This document shows, one piece after another, positions 1-11,576 of a DNA stretch of 64,000 nt. Both the position numbers and the translations under genes were made by a program. How positions within the stretch are numbered: the stretch's first letter is position 1; every line of letters starts with the position of its first letter. Source of the DNA: Flectonema sp. DT1601 (lineage: Eukaryota). The notes under the pieces are model-generated. The model was not told the origin of the DNA, did not search any database, and worked only from the letters and a program-made list of their open reading frames with translations. The DNA is taken from positions 620,001 through 684,000 of the forward strand of contig OZ025799.1 of the NCBI GenBank assembly GCA_964019425.1, in the 5' to 3' direction.

Positions 1-1
1 A

Positions 2-793
2 CGAGCTGAGAACAGAAATATATTTGAATCAATCGCTGGTCAACAAGAACTAAACAACGAACAAAAAGACACTCAAACTCAACCTCTAACAGACACCTTA
101 GAAAAACCAACAAACAAAGAAATAGGATACGGTACACGTAAGCCATCTGAGTGGCTCGGGATGATGTCCAACGTAACGGAGGATAAGTCAAGTAATCAGG
201 ATATAGGAAATCGTTTTAATAGGCATTCGTCAAAGATTCTAAACTCACTGATGCCAAACACCAATTCAATCAAAACCAATAATAAGACTATTAATAATTT
301 AACCCAAGATAAGGTTCTCGACACACAACAGATTGTAAAGACGAAATTACCTGCTCCTGAAATTTCAAAAAGAATGAAACTATCACGTCACGTACTCGAG
401 TCAGTTTCTCAAAGAGGGATTTCAATTACTTATAAAATAAATGACAAGTCTGCAACAACACAAAAACCATCGAATGCGACACCAATCGACGACAAGCTAA
501 CTAAGTGGTTGCTGTCTGAAGAAGCTCATTCGGCTCAAAAAAGATTACTTTTAACTGAAGATCGAACATGTTCGCGAACAAGAGAATTACTAAAACATTT
601 TTGGAGAAATGTATCCGACAATCAGATCGATGAAGTCAGCCGTATTCACACCATCTTATTAAAAATATTAACAGAGTTTGATAATGCCATACCTACTGTC
701 AAGGACACCCTACTTCTTCAACACTACAACCTACTCAGAAAGATGATATCTCGAGCCCTTGCCGTTCAAGGGCAGTCAGGATGGAACCAATAG
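2..793 (+). CDS. 3' part of a hypothetical protein that begins before the window
   Basis: The frame of ORF 161..793 is open from position 2 (CGA GCT GAG AAC...) to TAG at 791-793. No recognisable domain. Confidence 0.6.
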   Translation, partial: RAENRNIFESIAGQQELNNEQKDTQTQPLTDTLEKPTNKEIGYGTRKPSEWLGMMSNVTEDKSSNQDIGNRFNRHSSKILNSLMPNTNSIKTNNKTINNLTQDKVLDTQQIVKTKLPAPEISKRMKLSRHVLESVSQRGISITYKINDKSATTQKPSNATPIDDKLTKWLLSEEAHSAQKRLLLTEDRTCSRTRELLKHFWRNVSDNQIDEVSRIHTILLKILTEFDNAIPTVKDTLLLQHYNLLRKMISRALAVQGQSGWNQ

Positions 794-1101
794 CTGTGAA
801 TGGATACTTAATTTATACCGCATCTAACTTTTACTCTGCTGTGAGTTTTGTTGGAAATGGAAACCACTAATCGTTAATTACCTGATGCAGGTGGTGTTGT
901 TCTCACATAACACGGATGATCCATTCGTGTTTTCAACTGTTGTAAAAAAAAAATATAATCTTTTTTTTTTTTGATTAATTTTAATTCACCCTTTCGCAGA
1001 GAAGTTCTTCATGAAGATAGATGATGCTAAGATCCCAATAAACTTTTTTTCTTTCTTTTATTTAATTATTACTTCCTCTTAGCCTTCCCAGGGAACGGAC
1101 G

Positions 1102-1824
1102 ATGGCTGCAAAAGAGATAGTGTCAAAGGTAGGACGATGGTCGTATAAAAGTGTTAGCGAATCGGTTGGGGATTTCGTAGCGAGATTACCGCCGTCAAGA
1201 ACAACAGTGGATACGACACCATGGATATGTGCTCATCACATGCATGAGGCTTGGGAACCTGATCCGCTTCCAGAGAAGTTGGTGTCTGAATTCGAAAGAA
1301 AAGTAACACCTGAAGTGCTTCGCAAAGATGAGGAACGATTAATCCAACAAATTGACATGGAAAGTATACTTCCTTTATTTATAAAACATAAATATTATTT
1401 AGGAAAATGGTGTTTTACTATTGAGCGTGACGACGTTGACGATGTTTGGGAACGAACTTGCAGCCTTCTATTCAACAAGGGACTTGGATGTGGTGTAGCA
1501 AAAGTCTCTCCAGCACATCCTGAATCAGACACTCACATGCTTTGCGTCTATTCACTTGACTTAACTAACACATGGGACGTTCAACGGGTAGGAGAACAGA
1601 TAAGAAGGGAACTCGACATTCAGGATACAGTCTTGAAGTACAAACCAGAAGCAGCAACTCAACTAGATTTGTATTGTGAAAACGACAAATGGGGTCCAAG
1701 ACCTACAACTGTTTACACAAACATAAAATTCAGACAAAATCTCGCGATTAAAAGAAGATTTTGGGACGAACGAAGAACATGTATCTTCGCTATGCAAGAA
1801 GCTTCAGTATTTCGTATGATGTAA
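1102..1824 (+). CDS. DUF1917 / Bles03 (C11orf68-like, eIF4E-like fold) protein
   Basis: Motifs GKWCF..DDVW, AKVSP, LCVYS.D.....DV.RV and YKPEAAT.LDLY match the DUF1917 family as recalled. Confidence 0.75.
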   Translation: MAAKEIVSKVGRWSYKSVSESVGDFVARLPPSRTTVDTTPWICAHHMHEAWEPDPLPEKLVSEFERKVTPEVLRKDEERLIQQIDMESILPLFIKHKYYLGKWCFTIERDDVDDVWERTCSLLFNKGLGCGVAKVSPAHPESDTHMLCVYSLDLTNTWDVQRVGEQIRRELDIQDTVLKYKPEAATQLDLYCENDKWGPRPTTVYTNIKFRQNLAIKRRFWDERRTCIFAMQEASVFRMM

Positions 1825-2062
1825 TTCAAACAAGTAACTTAATGTTGTTTGGTATCCACATCATCAGCTCAGTCTGATCTATTACTGTATTAGGGTTTTG
1901 TGTTGAACAACTCCTATAATGTAGGCTCGTTTATTATAATAAGAATATTACTCAAAAGCTGGACCTGGGTAAAAAAAAAAAAAAGTCAGTCTTCTCGTAA
2001 TAAAAAATATTTCTAACTATTGTAGCGGGAGGGGAAATCTAAAAAAAAAAAAAAAAAAAAAA

Positions 2063-4123
2063 ATGAAACGACGCCTCCAACGAGATGGAGCGGAGAGAAT
2101 GATTGTTGTTGTCAGGGTACGAGTTTTAACCGAGAGAGAGAGACAGTTATGTAGTCTCAGATACCCACACAGAGCAAGTGTATCATACTGCTGTGTTGAT
2201 TGTGTTGGTGAAGACGTTATAGTAACTGATCCAGACTCTCCTGAAGGAAGCTGCTCTCGTCGATACACATTTGACAGAGTATTCGATTCTACATCAACAA
2301 ATGATGATGTTTACGCTGCTACAGTAAAACCACTTCTACCAGGTCTTTTAGAAGGCTACAACGCAACATGCTTCGCCTATGGAATGACAGGAGCTGGTAA
2401 AACTTTTACAATGATGGGAACAGATCGATTTAAGGGTTTGTGTACCATGGCTGTTGAAGAGTTATTTCCAAAAATTGAATCCATGACTGGAAAATGTGCA
2501 GTCCACGCATCCTACTTAGAAATATACAACGAGAAAATAAAAGATCTACTATCACGTAATGATGCTCGCAGACACGATATTATTGAAGACCCGGAAAGGG
2601 GTGTCGTGGTGACTGATCTAGCTGAGTACTTGGTTACTAATTTACAAGACTTACATACTTTAATGTCACTCGGTTGTGAAAAACGAACACGTGCCTCAAC
2701 GTCAAGTAACGTCGTGTCTTCGAGATCTCATGCTATTCTACTCATTACTGTGAAACATCAATCTAATGATAAAATGGCATCAATTGGGAAATTAGCTCTA
2801 ATCGACTTGGCTGGATCAGAGAGAGCATGTCCTGGTGAAACCAGACAATCAAAACGAGTTCAAGAAGGCGCCAACATAAACAGATCACTCCTCGCATTAG
2901 GTAACTGCATCACCATATTAGGAGATGGAAAGGAACGAAGACACGTTCCGTATAGAGACTCAAAACTGACCAGATTGCTTAAAGATTCTCTTGGTGGGAA
3001 CACTCGCACTGTGATGATAGGAAATACGAGTCCATCTTCGACATGTTATGAAGAATTAGTAAGCACCCTGAAGTATGCTTCACGTGCTAGAAACATCTCT
3101 CGTCATGTAACTAGAAATGCGGTAGCGGTATCACCAGAAACACCAAAGCAAAATGAACATCTTTTGACTGACGTGAGACAGTTACAAGATCAATTGAGCT
3201 CAAGATCACCTCCACTTGAAGTTATTGAACGACCGATTATATCAAAACCCTTCATTGCCATCCCAATTGATGATTGCGTATCGACTCATTGCATAGATGA
3301 TCAAGCTTTATTACCAATAAAGAAAGCTATCTCGTCATGCTTTTATTTAAAATCATCATTTGATGCAACGCTTCCGACCATCTCTGAATCTTCAATCGCA
3401 GACTGTAATGTTGATAACCACCATACAACTGATCCATTTACAATTTCACATTACTCATCAGCTGACCTAACTAGTGATGATATTGATGTTAATAAGGTAT
3501 CGATGTTAAGTTCTGATGAGTGGAGTTTAATTGAAAATCTAATTAATCAAAATAAACCAAAAGACACGATCTCGAAGCCTTCTGAACAACATGAAGAAGA
3601 AGAAGGTGTTAGTGTTAGTCTAATCAGTGAAATCCAACCTGAATTTAATAAAAGATTAGATGATCAATCGCAGTTCGATCTCGTTCATCTCGTCAACGAT
3701 AAACACCTCCCCGTAGATGATATTGATTGTGATGAGACGACTGTTGGGGTTCATAAAAATGAAGAAAAAGTTATAGAAGAGGTCCAACAACATAACAACA
3801 ATTCCATATTAGAAAAGGGTAACTCGATATTAATGGAAGAGATCGTCTCTAAGAAATCAACTAAATCTCGTCCACCTCGAGAACGACGAACAGCTGTTGA
3901 TCACTCAGCTGTCACCGGAACCACTTCTAGTAAATGGAGAGAGACACGTGTTCCTGATTGGAGGACAAAACGTTCCGATCTGCGTGTCGTCGAGTCCATT
4001 GCTTCTCTTGTTTCTCCTCATAAATCAGGAATCCCATCATCAGCTCCTTCTCCAACTCTTCCCTGCAGTAGCACAAAGTCTTCAGAACTAAACAATCGAG
4101 AAGCACTCGTTCTATTTCCTTAA
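2063..4123 (+). CDS. N-terminal-motor kinesin, kinesin-8 (KIF18/KIF19)-like
   Basis: P-loop GMTGAGKT, switch I SSRSH, switch II DLAGSE and HVPYRDSKLTRLLKDSLGGN, followed by a low-complexity tail. The subfamily call is inference. Confidence 0.9.
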   Translation: MKRRLQRDGAERMIVVVRVRVLTERERQLCSLRYPHRASVSYCCVDCVGEDVIVTDPDSPEGSCSRRYTFDRVFDSTSTNDDVYAATVKPLLPGLLEGYNATCFAYGMTGAGKTFTMMGTDRFKGLCTMAVEELFPKIESMTGKCAVHASYLEIYNEKIKDLLSRNDARRHDIIEDPERGVVVTDLAEYLVTNLQDLHTLMSLGCEKRTRASTSSNVVSSRSHAILLITVKHQSNDKMASIGKLALIDLAGSERACPGETRQSKRVQEGANINRSLLALGNCITILGDGKERRHVPYRDSKLTRLLKDSLGGNTRTVMIGNTSPSSTCYEELVSTLKYASRARNISRHVTRNAVAVSPETPKQNEHLLTDVRQLQDQLSSRSPPLEVIERPIISKPFIAIPIDDCVSTHCIDDQALLPIKKAISSCFYLKSSFDATLPTISESSIADCNVDNHHTTDPFTISHYSSADLTSDDIDVNKVSMLSSDEWSLIENLINQNKPKDTISKPSEQHEEEEGVSVSLISEIQPEFNKRLDDQSQFDLVHLVNDKHLPVDDIDCDETTVGVHKNEEKVIEEVQQHNNNSILEKGNSILMEEIVSKKSTKSRPPRERRTAVDHSAVTGTTSSKWRETRVPDWRTKRSDLRVVESIASLVSPHKSGIPSSAPSPTLPCSSTKSSELNNREALVLFP

Positions 4124-4456
4124 TTACAGACAACTTACAGTATTTGTTACGACTGTTTAGTCCTGAGTAAGATAAACTGCCTTTTGGACTCTCCCTCTCT
4201 CTGCGATATTTATATCTGCGATTACGTTATGGAAAAAAAATATTTATTTAAGAGCTGCAATCTAACTATGATTAATTATCCTTAACTGATGTTTGGTTGT
4301 TGCTCGGTTGTCCTTTTTTTTTTTGTTATTTGGATTTTTTTCCACTAGATAAGTCATCGTTAAAATTAGAAATTATTTTTTGTATTGGATGTGTTTGTTG
4401 TTTGAGTTTTTTTAATGTACTATTTTTTTTAAATAGAACGAATCAATAGCAAAACT

Positions 4457-6472
4457 ATGTGGTATCAGCAACCTGATTTTACACCATCTCCGGGGGTTCC
4501 TCCTGTGATACCTGTCCCAGCAACTTATTCTAAAAATGATGAAATGGTCACCTTATTTGAAGGAAGTATACCCGTAGTAATTCAACGAGGTAAGGAACCT
4601 TCAACAGAAGTATTCGTTGTTGGAGTAATGACTAGTGGATCGTTTCCTTGTGAGCAACAAAATTCATCTCCTCCACAAAAACTTAATCAACAAGCTAATA
4701 CTAAAAGAGCTGTACATCTTCGCATCACTAGTCCTTCGGATCCATTTTTATTATACACCTCAACAGTTTCTGAAGAAGAGTATCCCAGTTTTAAGGAACA
4801 GCAGAGTGGGTTTTCCCTCCTTTTCGATTTTGTAAAATTCCCAAGCGTCCTGGTGGAGCTCTTAGAAGAAAGACAAGTTATTACTAAAGAGAATGGAGTG
4901 ACAGTTGCGAGAGGACAGATTTCAGATGGAGGACTTGGAGGTGAAATATCCAGGTCAGCCCGACTCTCAATCGACAGCGCTGATGGCCGCTTCAGTTTCA
5001 CGTCCACAACAATATACAGAAATAGTGAAATCCTCGGTCTTCAGGTAATTCAGGAAGACGATGCGGGTCAAAAACGTTATTTGGCCTCCAAGGCAGGTTC
5101 TCTTCAAACGAAATACCTTTCAAGTAGAAAAGAGTGCGAGCAATTAAAGTGTAGACTTGCTGAACTAATGAAGACAAGTGAAGGACACATTGAATCACTT
5201 AGAACTGACAACGACTCGTTGCAAACTCAAATAGCAATTGTGAAATCTGAACTCTCTCTTCAACACGAACAGAGAGAACGGGACATCGAAACTCGTTATT
5301 CTGAAGAGAAAAATGCATCTGACAACTTACATAGTGTTCAAATGCAAGCGACAATGACTAAATACGAACAATTATCAACTAGCTTACAACATGAATTGAA
5401 GTCTAAGTCTGAAAAGAACGAATTCTTACAGGAGAACATCCATACTTTGGAAAGTAAAAATAAAGACCTGTTGAGTTCTGTGGAATCTTCCACAGCAGAA
5501 ATCTCAACATTGAGACAACGATTGATTAAATTAGAAGCAAAGGAAGAAGGAACAGGAAGTACTATTTTAGACCAAAAACGACTACTCGACTCGAATCAGT
5601 TGAGACTCATTGAATTCGAAGAGAAGATCAAACACTATTCAGAAATGCTTACAACTGAAAAAACTCGCAACGAATCTTTATACAAAGAAACCCAATCCTC
5701 ACGCAATGAGATCGACGAGTGGAAAAAACAAGCAGGAGCGTCACTTCAGACAAAAGAAGAACGTGACGGTGAACTTTCTAAAGCTCACCATGTAATCAGA
5801 ACTTTACATGGAAAATTACAAGACAGCAAATTAAAAAGAAAAAGTCTCATGGTTGGCGCTGTTAAACAAGAACAAGAACTTACTGAACTTCGAGATGTCA
5901 AAATGGATCACGAAGACCGTAATAGAAAATTACAAATTGAAACTGAGGCACAGAATAAGGAATTGTCAGTTTTGAAAAATGATATTGAGAAGCTCACAGT
6001 TCAGCTAGGAGAAGCTAACAGCTGTATTGAATATCATCACAGAACTGGACAGTCTTCTTACAGTCGTCCGTACTCAGCTACGAAATACGGATCACCGATG
6101 GCATATAGGGGAACATCACAACAACCGACTGTTTCAACACCTTTGAAAGATCAGCCTATCACCGTTACCACCACTAGTAATGATACTATTGGTGATAGGA
6201 TAGGTACTGCTGCCCATCCTCATCTGGAACATTCTTTAGCAACTCTCAGTCATCACAATTACAGTACTATCGCTAATGATTCTGCTCCAGCTACAACATC
6301 TGCTTCTTCTGTTTCTCTTTTAAAATCATTCAAACCTTCAATTTTAACATCTTCACCAACTAGGACACCAAATCTCGTGATGTCGTTGGCGAAGTCTCAA
6401 ACACCTCATCAATCGATACCCAGCAACTTCTTCGTAAGTGAAGTAACAGGTCCAATTGGTACAACTGCGTAG
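4457..6472 (+). CDS. SAS6: Spindle assembly abnormal protein 6 (centriole/basal body cartwheel)
   Basis: SAS-6 head motif LRITSPSDPFLLYT..VSEEEY..FKEQQ..LLFDF.KFP..L.ELL, then a long coiled coil and an S/T/P-rich tail. Confidence 0.85.
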   Translation: MWYQQPDFTPSPGVPPVIPVPATYSKNDEMVTLFEGSIPVVIQRGKEPSTEVFVVGVMTSGSFPCEQQNSSPPQKLNQQANTKRAVHLRITSPSDPFLLYTSTVSEEEYPSFKEQQSGFSLLFDFVKFPSVLVELLEERQVITKENGVTVARGQISDGGLGGEISRSARLSIDSADGRFSFTSTTIYRNSEILGLQVIQEDDAGQKRYLASKAGSLQTKYLSSRKECEQLKCRLAELMKTSEGHIESLRTDNDSLQTQIAIVKSELSLQHEQRERDIETRYSEEKNASDNLHSVQMQATMTKYEQLSTSLQHELKSKSEKNEFLQENIHTLESKNKDLLSSVESSTAEISTLRQRLIKLEAKEEGTGSTILDQKRLLDSNQLRLIEFEEKIKHYSEMLTTEKTRNESLYKETQSSRNEIDEWKKQAGASLQTKEERDGELSKAHHVIRTLHGKLQDSKLKRKSLMVGAVKQEQELTELRDVKMDHEDRNRKLQIETEAQNKELSVLKNDIEKLTVQLGEANSCIEYHHRTGQSSYSRPYSATKYGSPMAYRGTSQQPTVSTPLKDQPITVTTTSNDTIGDRIGTAAHPHLEHSLATLSHHNYSTIANDSAPATTSASSVSLLKSFKPSILTSSPTRTPNLVMSLAKSQTPHQSIPSNFFVSEVTGPIGTTA

Positions 6473-7251
6473 TTATTGTATCGAGTTGTTTGTAGTTGTT
6501 TGTTTTCTTTTGTTATTTTCTTGCAAAATAGATTTCTGTTTCCCCTTTTAATTTTATTTTTCCTTTTCACCCTACCTTCGGTCGATTTTCGGTGTAATGT
6601 CGTTGCGTATTTGTGATACGCTTCCATCATCACTATCTGTTCGCTTCCCATAGATCTTTTTTTTTGTTTTTGTTTTTTGTTTTTTGCTTCTGCGATTTTT
6701 TCGCAAAAAGCAATCTGAGAGGGGTTTTCTTTAGACTGAAATGAAGCCCTCTAATGTTGTTGGTAGTTTCGTTCCACCCATTGTTGTTCAGACAACTTTA
6801 GTTGTTAGGTAGAGAAGTTTATAAATAGCGAAACGAGTTTGTTTGGCATCCTTGTCTGAAAAAATGCGCATTTTGCATTATTTTTTTTTTTTTAATACCT
6901 GCGCTCTAGAATTTACCGTTCTCTTTATTAGTTCTTGAAAAAAAAAAAAAGAAGAAAAAAAAAATAGTAGTTGTGTTCCCCATCCCCAATCTTTCTTGCA
7001 GAATCTGAGTCTCTAGGCTTTATTCTTTTATGGTTGCCCCGCTCCTAGATAGTTATAATGAGTTTTGTGTAGTTTTTTTTCTTCGTACGTAGCTGTTCCT
7101 TCGCTCTATGCAGGTAGGGTACCCAAACTACATTACGTCACTTGCTGCTCGGAGTTGTGTTTGTTGACTTTTTTTTTTTGACATAGCCTTTCGTTGAACA
7201 TTATTCACTTTTTGACAAGAAGAAACCAAATCAAAAAAAAAAAAAATCAAC

Positions 7252-7279
<28 letters not shown>

Positions 7280-7282
<3 letters not shown>

Positions 7283-10245
7283 AAAATTCTACACTCGCTA
7301 ATATCATTAGCGACTGTGTCTTTGGTATCGTCGTCGTCGAACTTTGCCGTCATCGGAGAGGATGTCACAATTGGAGTAACACCATTCCCAACTCAAGATC
7401 CAAAGAATTGGGTTGCTTTCAATAATGTAATGAAAGATGTATGGTTTAATCTCAAACCTGCAACAACAATCAGATGTGGTGCATTTCAAATTCAAGATTT
7501 AACATCTGATCAGTTTGTCGGTGACAAGAACGTGACAATTGCTTTAATTTGGAACGAACTTTCATTCAAATGTGAGACCGACACCAAGAGTAGCTTAGCA
7601 GTTTCAGTGAACATGACCATGGTATGGGATACCGTAGCGTTTCCCCGTATCGGTGCTACCGATTTGGTGACTTGCAACTCAACTATTATATCTCAAAAGG
7701 CTGAGGGGATCTTTAAGAATGATATCATAAAGGATCTTGAAAAGAAGATTATTCCATTAGTTTGTACAAAACTCGCTAACGTAACAAACGCAATCAGCAA
7801 TAAAATTAAAAAACTTCCTCTACCAATCACCCCAAACAAACCAATTCCGAGACCAGCTGCATCTATTGCTGAAAAACCATTTGCACCATACTACAATAAG
7901 TTAGTAAAATTTGACGTTGGAGCAGCACAGTTCGCTACTCGTTTCTTAACTTTATTGCTAAACGTCGAGCGTAAGGGAATGCCTTTGATTGATGATATAT
8001 TATCTAAGGAGAATATCACTAAGGCGCTTATTCCAATTGGTACTAAGATTCCGTTATCTAATATTCCATACTTAGACGACATCGTTAATATGAACCTCAC
8101 TATAAAATCATTTGAGATTAACGGTTTGAACAAGATTGCTTCGATCAACTTAGTCGATGTGATTGGAGACTACACAATCCGTAATAGCATTAATATGAGT
8201 AGTATTTCATTCGATATTAGTGTAGAGGTTGATATCAGTTCTGGTTCTCTGGTCACACCTAACGGTCACATCGGCTCAGACGTTGTAAACATGACAGTAG
8301 CCATGACTGATGCTTTCTTAATATTTGATCTACTCCTCGCATTCGACAAGGAATCAATGATGAACACTGGCATTGGAGGATTCAACAAACGTCCATTAGG
8401 ATGCCTTCTCTCAATGCTATCAGGAAATACAAAAGTAACTGGAATCCCTGTTGGGTTTGATCTAACATTCTTAGATATTCAAATGAGCAGTTTTGCAATA
8501 ACTCAGATGAGTAGCAATCCTGGATTTGATGAAGTTTTCAACACAATTCTTAAGGGAATTGGTGCTATTTGGTATCTTCCTGTTAGTAGGTTGATTAGAG
8601 ACATGTTACAGTCAGTTGTAAGACCTCTTCTTTCAAAGGGACTTGTTGACTTTATAACCATCAGTCAGCAATCAGACAACTGTCCTTCTTCGACTGCGCC
8701 AAGCGCTGTCAGTGATACTCCGTCATCGTTGATGAGTTTGTTTGAGGAACTAAAAGTTAAAGAAAAAGATTTAACAGTTGTAAGAGAGAGTGACGTATCT
8801 AATCTGGGTAACCCTCCTCTTATTTACAACATCACATTATTTGGTTCTCCTGTTAATGTTACTCTGAAGGAATTCGAATCAAAACTATTTGACGAACCAA
8901 AGAACGCGACAGTGACGTTAGATGTTGGAGTGCAAGTGAGCGTTTCGGATATTCCTGTTCATGTTGAACTTTCATTTTTAAGAAATGGGATTGACAGGCT
9001 ACCAAAGAAGGTTACTACTCAAGGAGATACTGCTGCTGGGGCTTCAATAACATCTAAGATTGCTCCTCACGTTGGTCAAATTTCTGATGTTCTTAATGGA
9101 CTTCGTGAGGAAATGGGATTGTTCTTACAAACACCAGTAACAAGTGATGTTGCTGTTCAAGAAGCAACTTTCTTACGAGGAATCTCAAAAATGAGTTCTC
9201 AAATATCGTCGCTTCACGACTTGGTTAAATATTTGGAATTCGCGGGAGTGATGTCTATTAATGAAGTTGTTTCATACTTCCTTATTCATGGCTTCCCAAA
9301 GATCCCATCCATCGTTGAAAGGTACTCGTCAACGGGACTTCCTATTTCAATTAAGGACGGAACCATCGCTATCACTTTAAATAAAAAAATAAAAATTCCA
9401 CTTCCTGCGATCGCTGAAAAGTTTTTCGTCAACATGACGCTTACTGTAAAGACATTATACTTTGCTCTTCCTTCAAAGAAGGACTTAGCGATACCAAAGA
9501 CTGAGATGAAGGGTAGGTTTACTTTAAATAGTATCTTTAAAAAGGTTAATACCAACTTTACTGTTGATGTAGATCTCGAGGTTTCTCCTGGACCAAAAAC
9601 CTTTGGCATGTACAACAACACTGTCTGGAGTGACACTTTATCAGTCGGTTTGGATAATGCGACTTTGGAAGTTGATACTCGCATGGCATTTGATGCAGCT
9701 CTGTTTGATAGACTTTCACTGTACTCGTTGTTATTCACACCAATGCCTTGTATCTTTTCTCCAATGGTTTTGGATGTTAACATTACTAAGGCTAGCAAGT
9801 CTGGAAAGGTTCCGTTCAGAATAAACGATATCGCTTCAGGACTTTCTATTACATCTATTCAACGCACTGCTGGAAACGTTTTTATTAAGTCTGTCACTGG
9901 ACAGCCTATTTTTGGTAACTTAACTGACACTATTGCTAACATTGCAACAGCTGCTTTGGGTATGACTGTTGTTGAGACTTTCGCTAACGTTGGAATGTTT
10001 GCTCTGGTTGCTGCGGCTTTTGCTGATAACGTATGTGTTAAATTCTGTGGTGAAATATTTCTGAAAAAAAAAATAAAAAAATAACAACAACAAAACAGCT
10101 TCTATGGGATCCATGTTTGGTTCCAGCTGCCATCCCTCCAACAGCAAGACCAACGTACATTCCGGCACCACCTGCAGATTCTGCAACGATGGGGCTACCA
10201 TCAGCTGTTATGTTGTTGTTTGTTATTGTTGCCTTTATGTTCTAA
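7280..10245 (+). CDS. Secreted, probably GPI-anchored surface glycoprotein with duplicated BPI/TULIP-like domains; join(7280..10030,10099..10245)
   Basis: N-terminal signal peptide MKILHSLISLATVSLVSS, many N-x-S/T sites and an internal duplication. Splicing the 68-nt intron gives a P-rich linker and hydrophobic C-terminal tail (..PPADSATMGLPSAVMLLFVIVAFMF*). The BPI/TULIP fold is inference. Confidence 0.7.
10031..10098 (+). other. Spliceosomal intron, 68 nt, phase 0
   Basis: GTATGT donor and ...AACAACAACAAAACAG acceptor. Removal replaces a poly-Lys artefact end with an in-frame GPI-signal-like exon. Confidence 0.8.
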
Positions 10246-11576
10246 GATGTGGTATAACGTCAAATTGATTTTAAATAATTTGTCCGCACTTCTCTACTGA
10301 GAGTTAGTTGGGGCAACTTGATAAATGGAGTCTTGAAAGAAATCAAGTCAAATACTATTTATTTACTATGCTCTAATATAGGGGTTTCATTTCTTCAAGG
10401 ATGTTTTCCCGCCTTTTTTTGTGTTTTTCTGTTATGTCGCTTTTTTTGCTTTGCTATTTTGTAAGTAAAATTCTACTACAAAGTCTTTTGGCGGGGGAAA
10501 AGAAAAAAAAAGAAGTTTTTTTTTCCCTGAGGAAACCTTTCGATTTGGAAGAGATAGGTTGCTATCTCTCTTTTGGTGTTGTGGTCTCGTTCGTTGTTGA
10601 AAACTCTTCCAGTTCGAGAAGAGCATGCGAACAACTGTTAGTGTTGCTCATCCTGCTGGTGTGTTTTTTTTCTTGGTTTCAGTTTGTTCTTTCCGTTGTG
10701 TCGTATTAAAAAATCGTTTTCATTCGCGCTAGTTCTTCTCTTCCTTCTCTCTCTCTCCCCTTTTATTATTTTTATATTATTATGATGCGTTGTGTGACTT
10801 ACAGCACCACCCTCTCCATCTTACGTTTGGAAAGGACTAATTACAGGCTGGCGACAAGACGAGTGATCAAGTTATCCATCAGACTCGACTGGTTTATTAA
10901 TAACTCGTTTGACTTGCGCTGATCAGCAAGACTACCACCAAAGTTACTTGCGAATCAGAGCTTGTCTTTGCAACCTTTTCTCTGTTTTTCTTTTCCCCTT
11001 CCTAATCACCAGGATTCAAAGCTGATAATGTATCCAAATGTTTGTTAGATACCGACCGGTAGCAGTTAACAGAAAAAAAAAAAAAAAAAAAACTAACAAT
11101 TGTTGCTGGTTTGACGACATCCCTTCAGAAGTACATAATTGTTTGGAATAATAAAAAAAAGTGCTTTGTGTGTACTTTGTGTGTGCGTGTGTTATGATGG
11201 GCTCGGAAGGGAAAAAGAAAAACAACAACAAGAACAAACAAACGCCATGTTCATAAACAAAACAAACATATTGGATTGTGTAGTCGGCCTATGTGATGTG
11301 AAAGAAAATCTTGTGAGCCCGATCCCTTTTTAAAGCTCCCACCGAACACTTCTTTCCACATGCATGAAACAGAATTTATCAGCGGCTTGCTGCAAAGTGG
11401 TATTGTAGTATATTACAGTGGATTAGAGTTGTGTTGTTTAATCTGGTGGTATCTTCTCTTCAGGTTCGATAAATAAATAAAATAAAAAAACAATCAGACG
11501 AATTAATTAAAAATATTCATTTGATTCTCATCCTTCGATAGTCATAATAAAATCTTTTACTAAACAGGAATTAAAA

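Noticed and set aside
10840..10980. Possible structured RNA in the spacer (GACAAG..CTTGTC, ACGAGT..ACTCGT pairings)
   Set aside because: Stems are short and interrupted, with no recognisable box motifs; not supportable without folding statistics.
10401..11333. Short F/K-rich ORFs in spacers (also 15124-15438, 21282-22609, 40333-41960, 45233-46069, 48408-49192)
   Set aside because: These are translations of poly(T)/poly(A) and microsatellite tracts, many with non-ATG starts and no domain signal.
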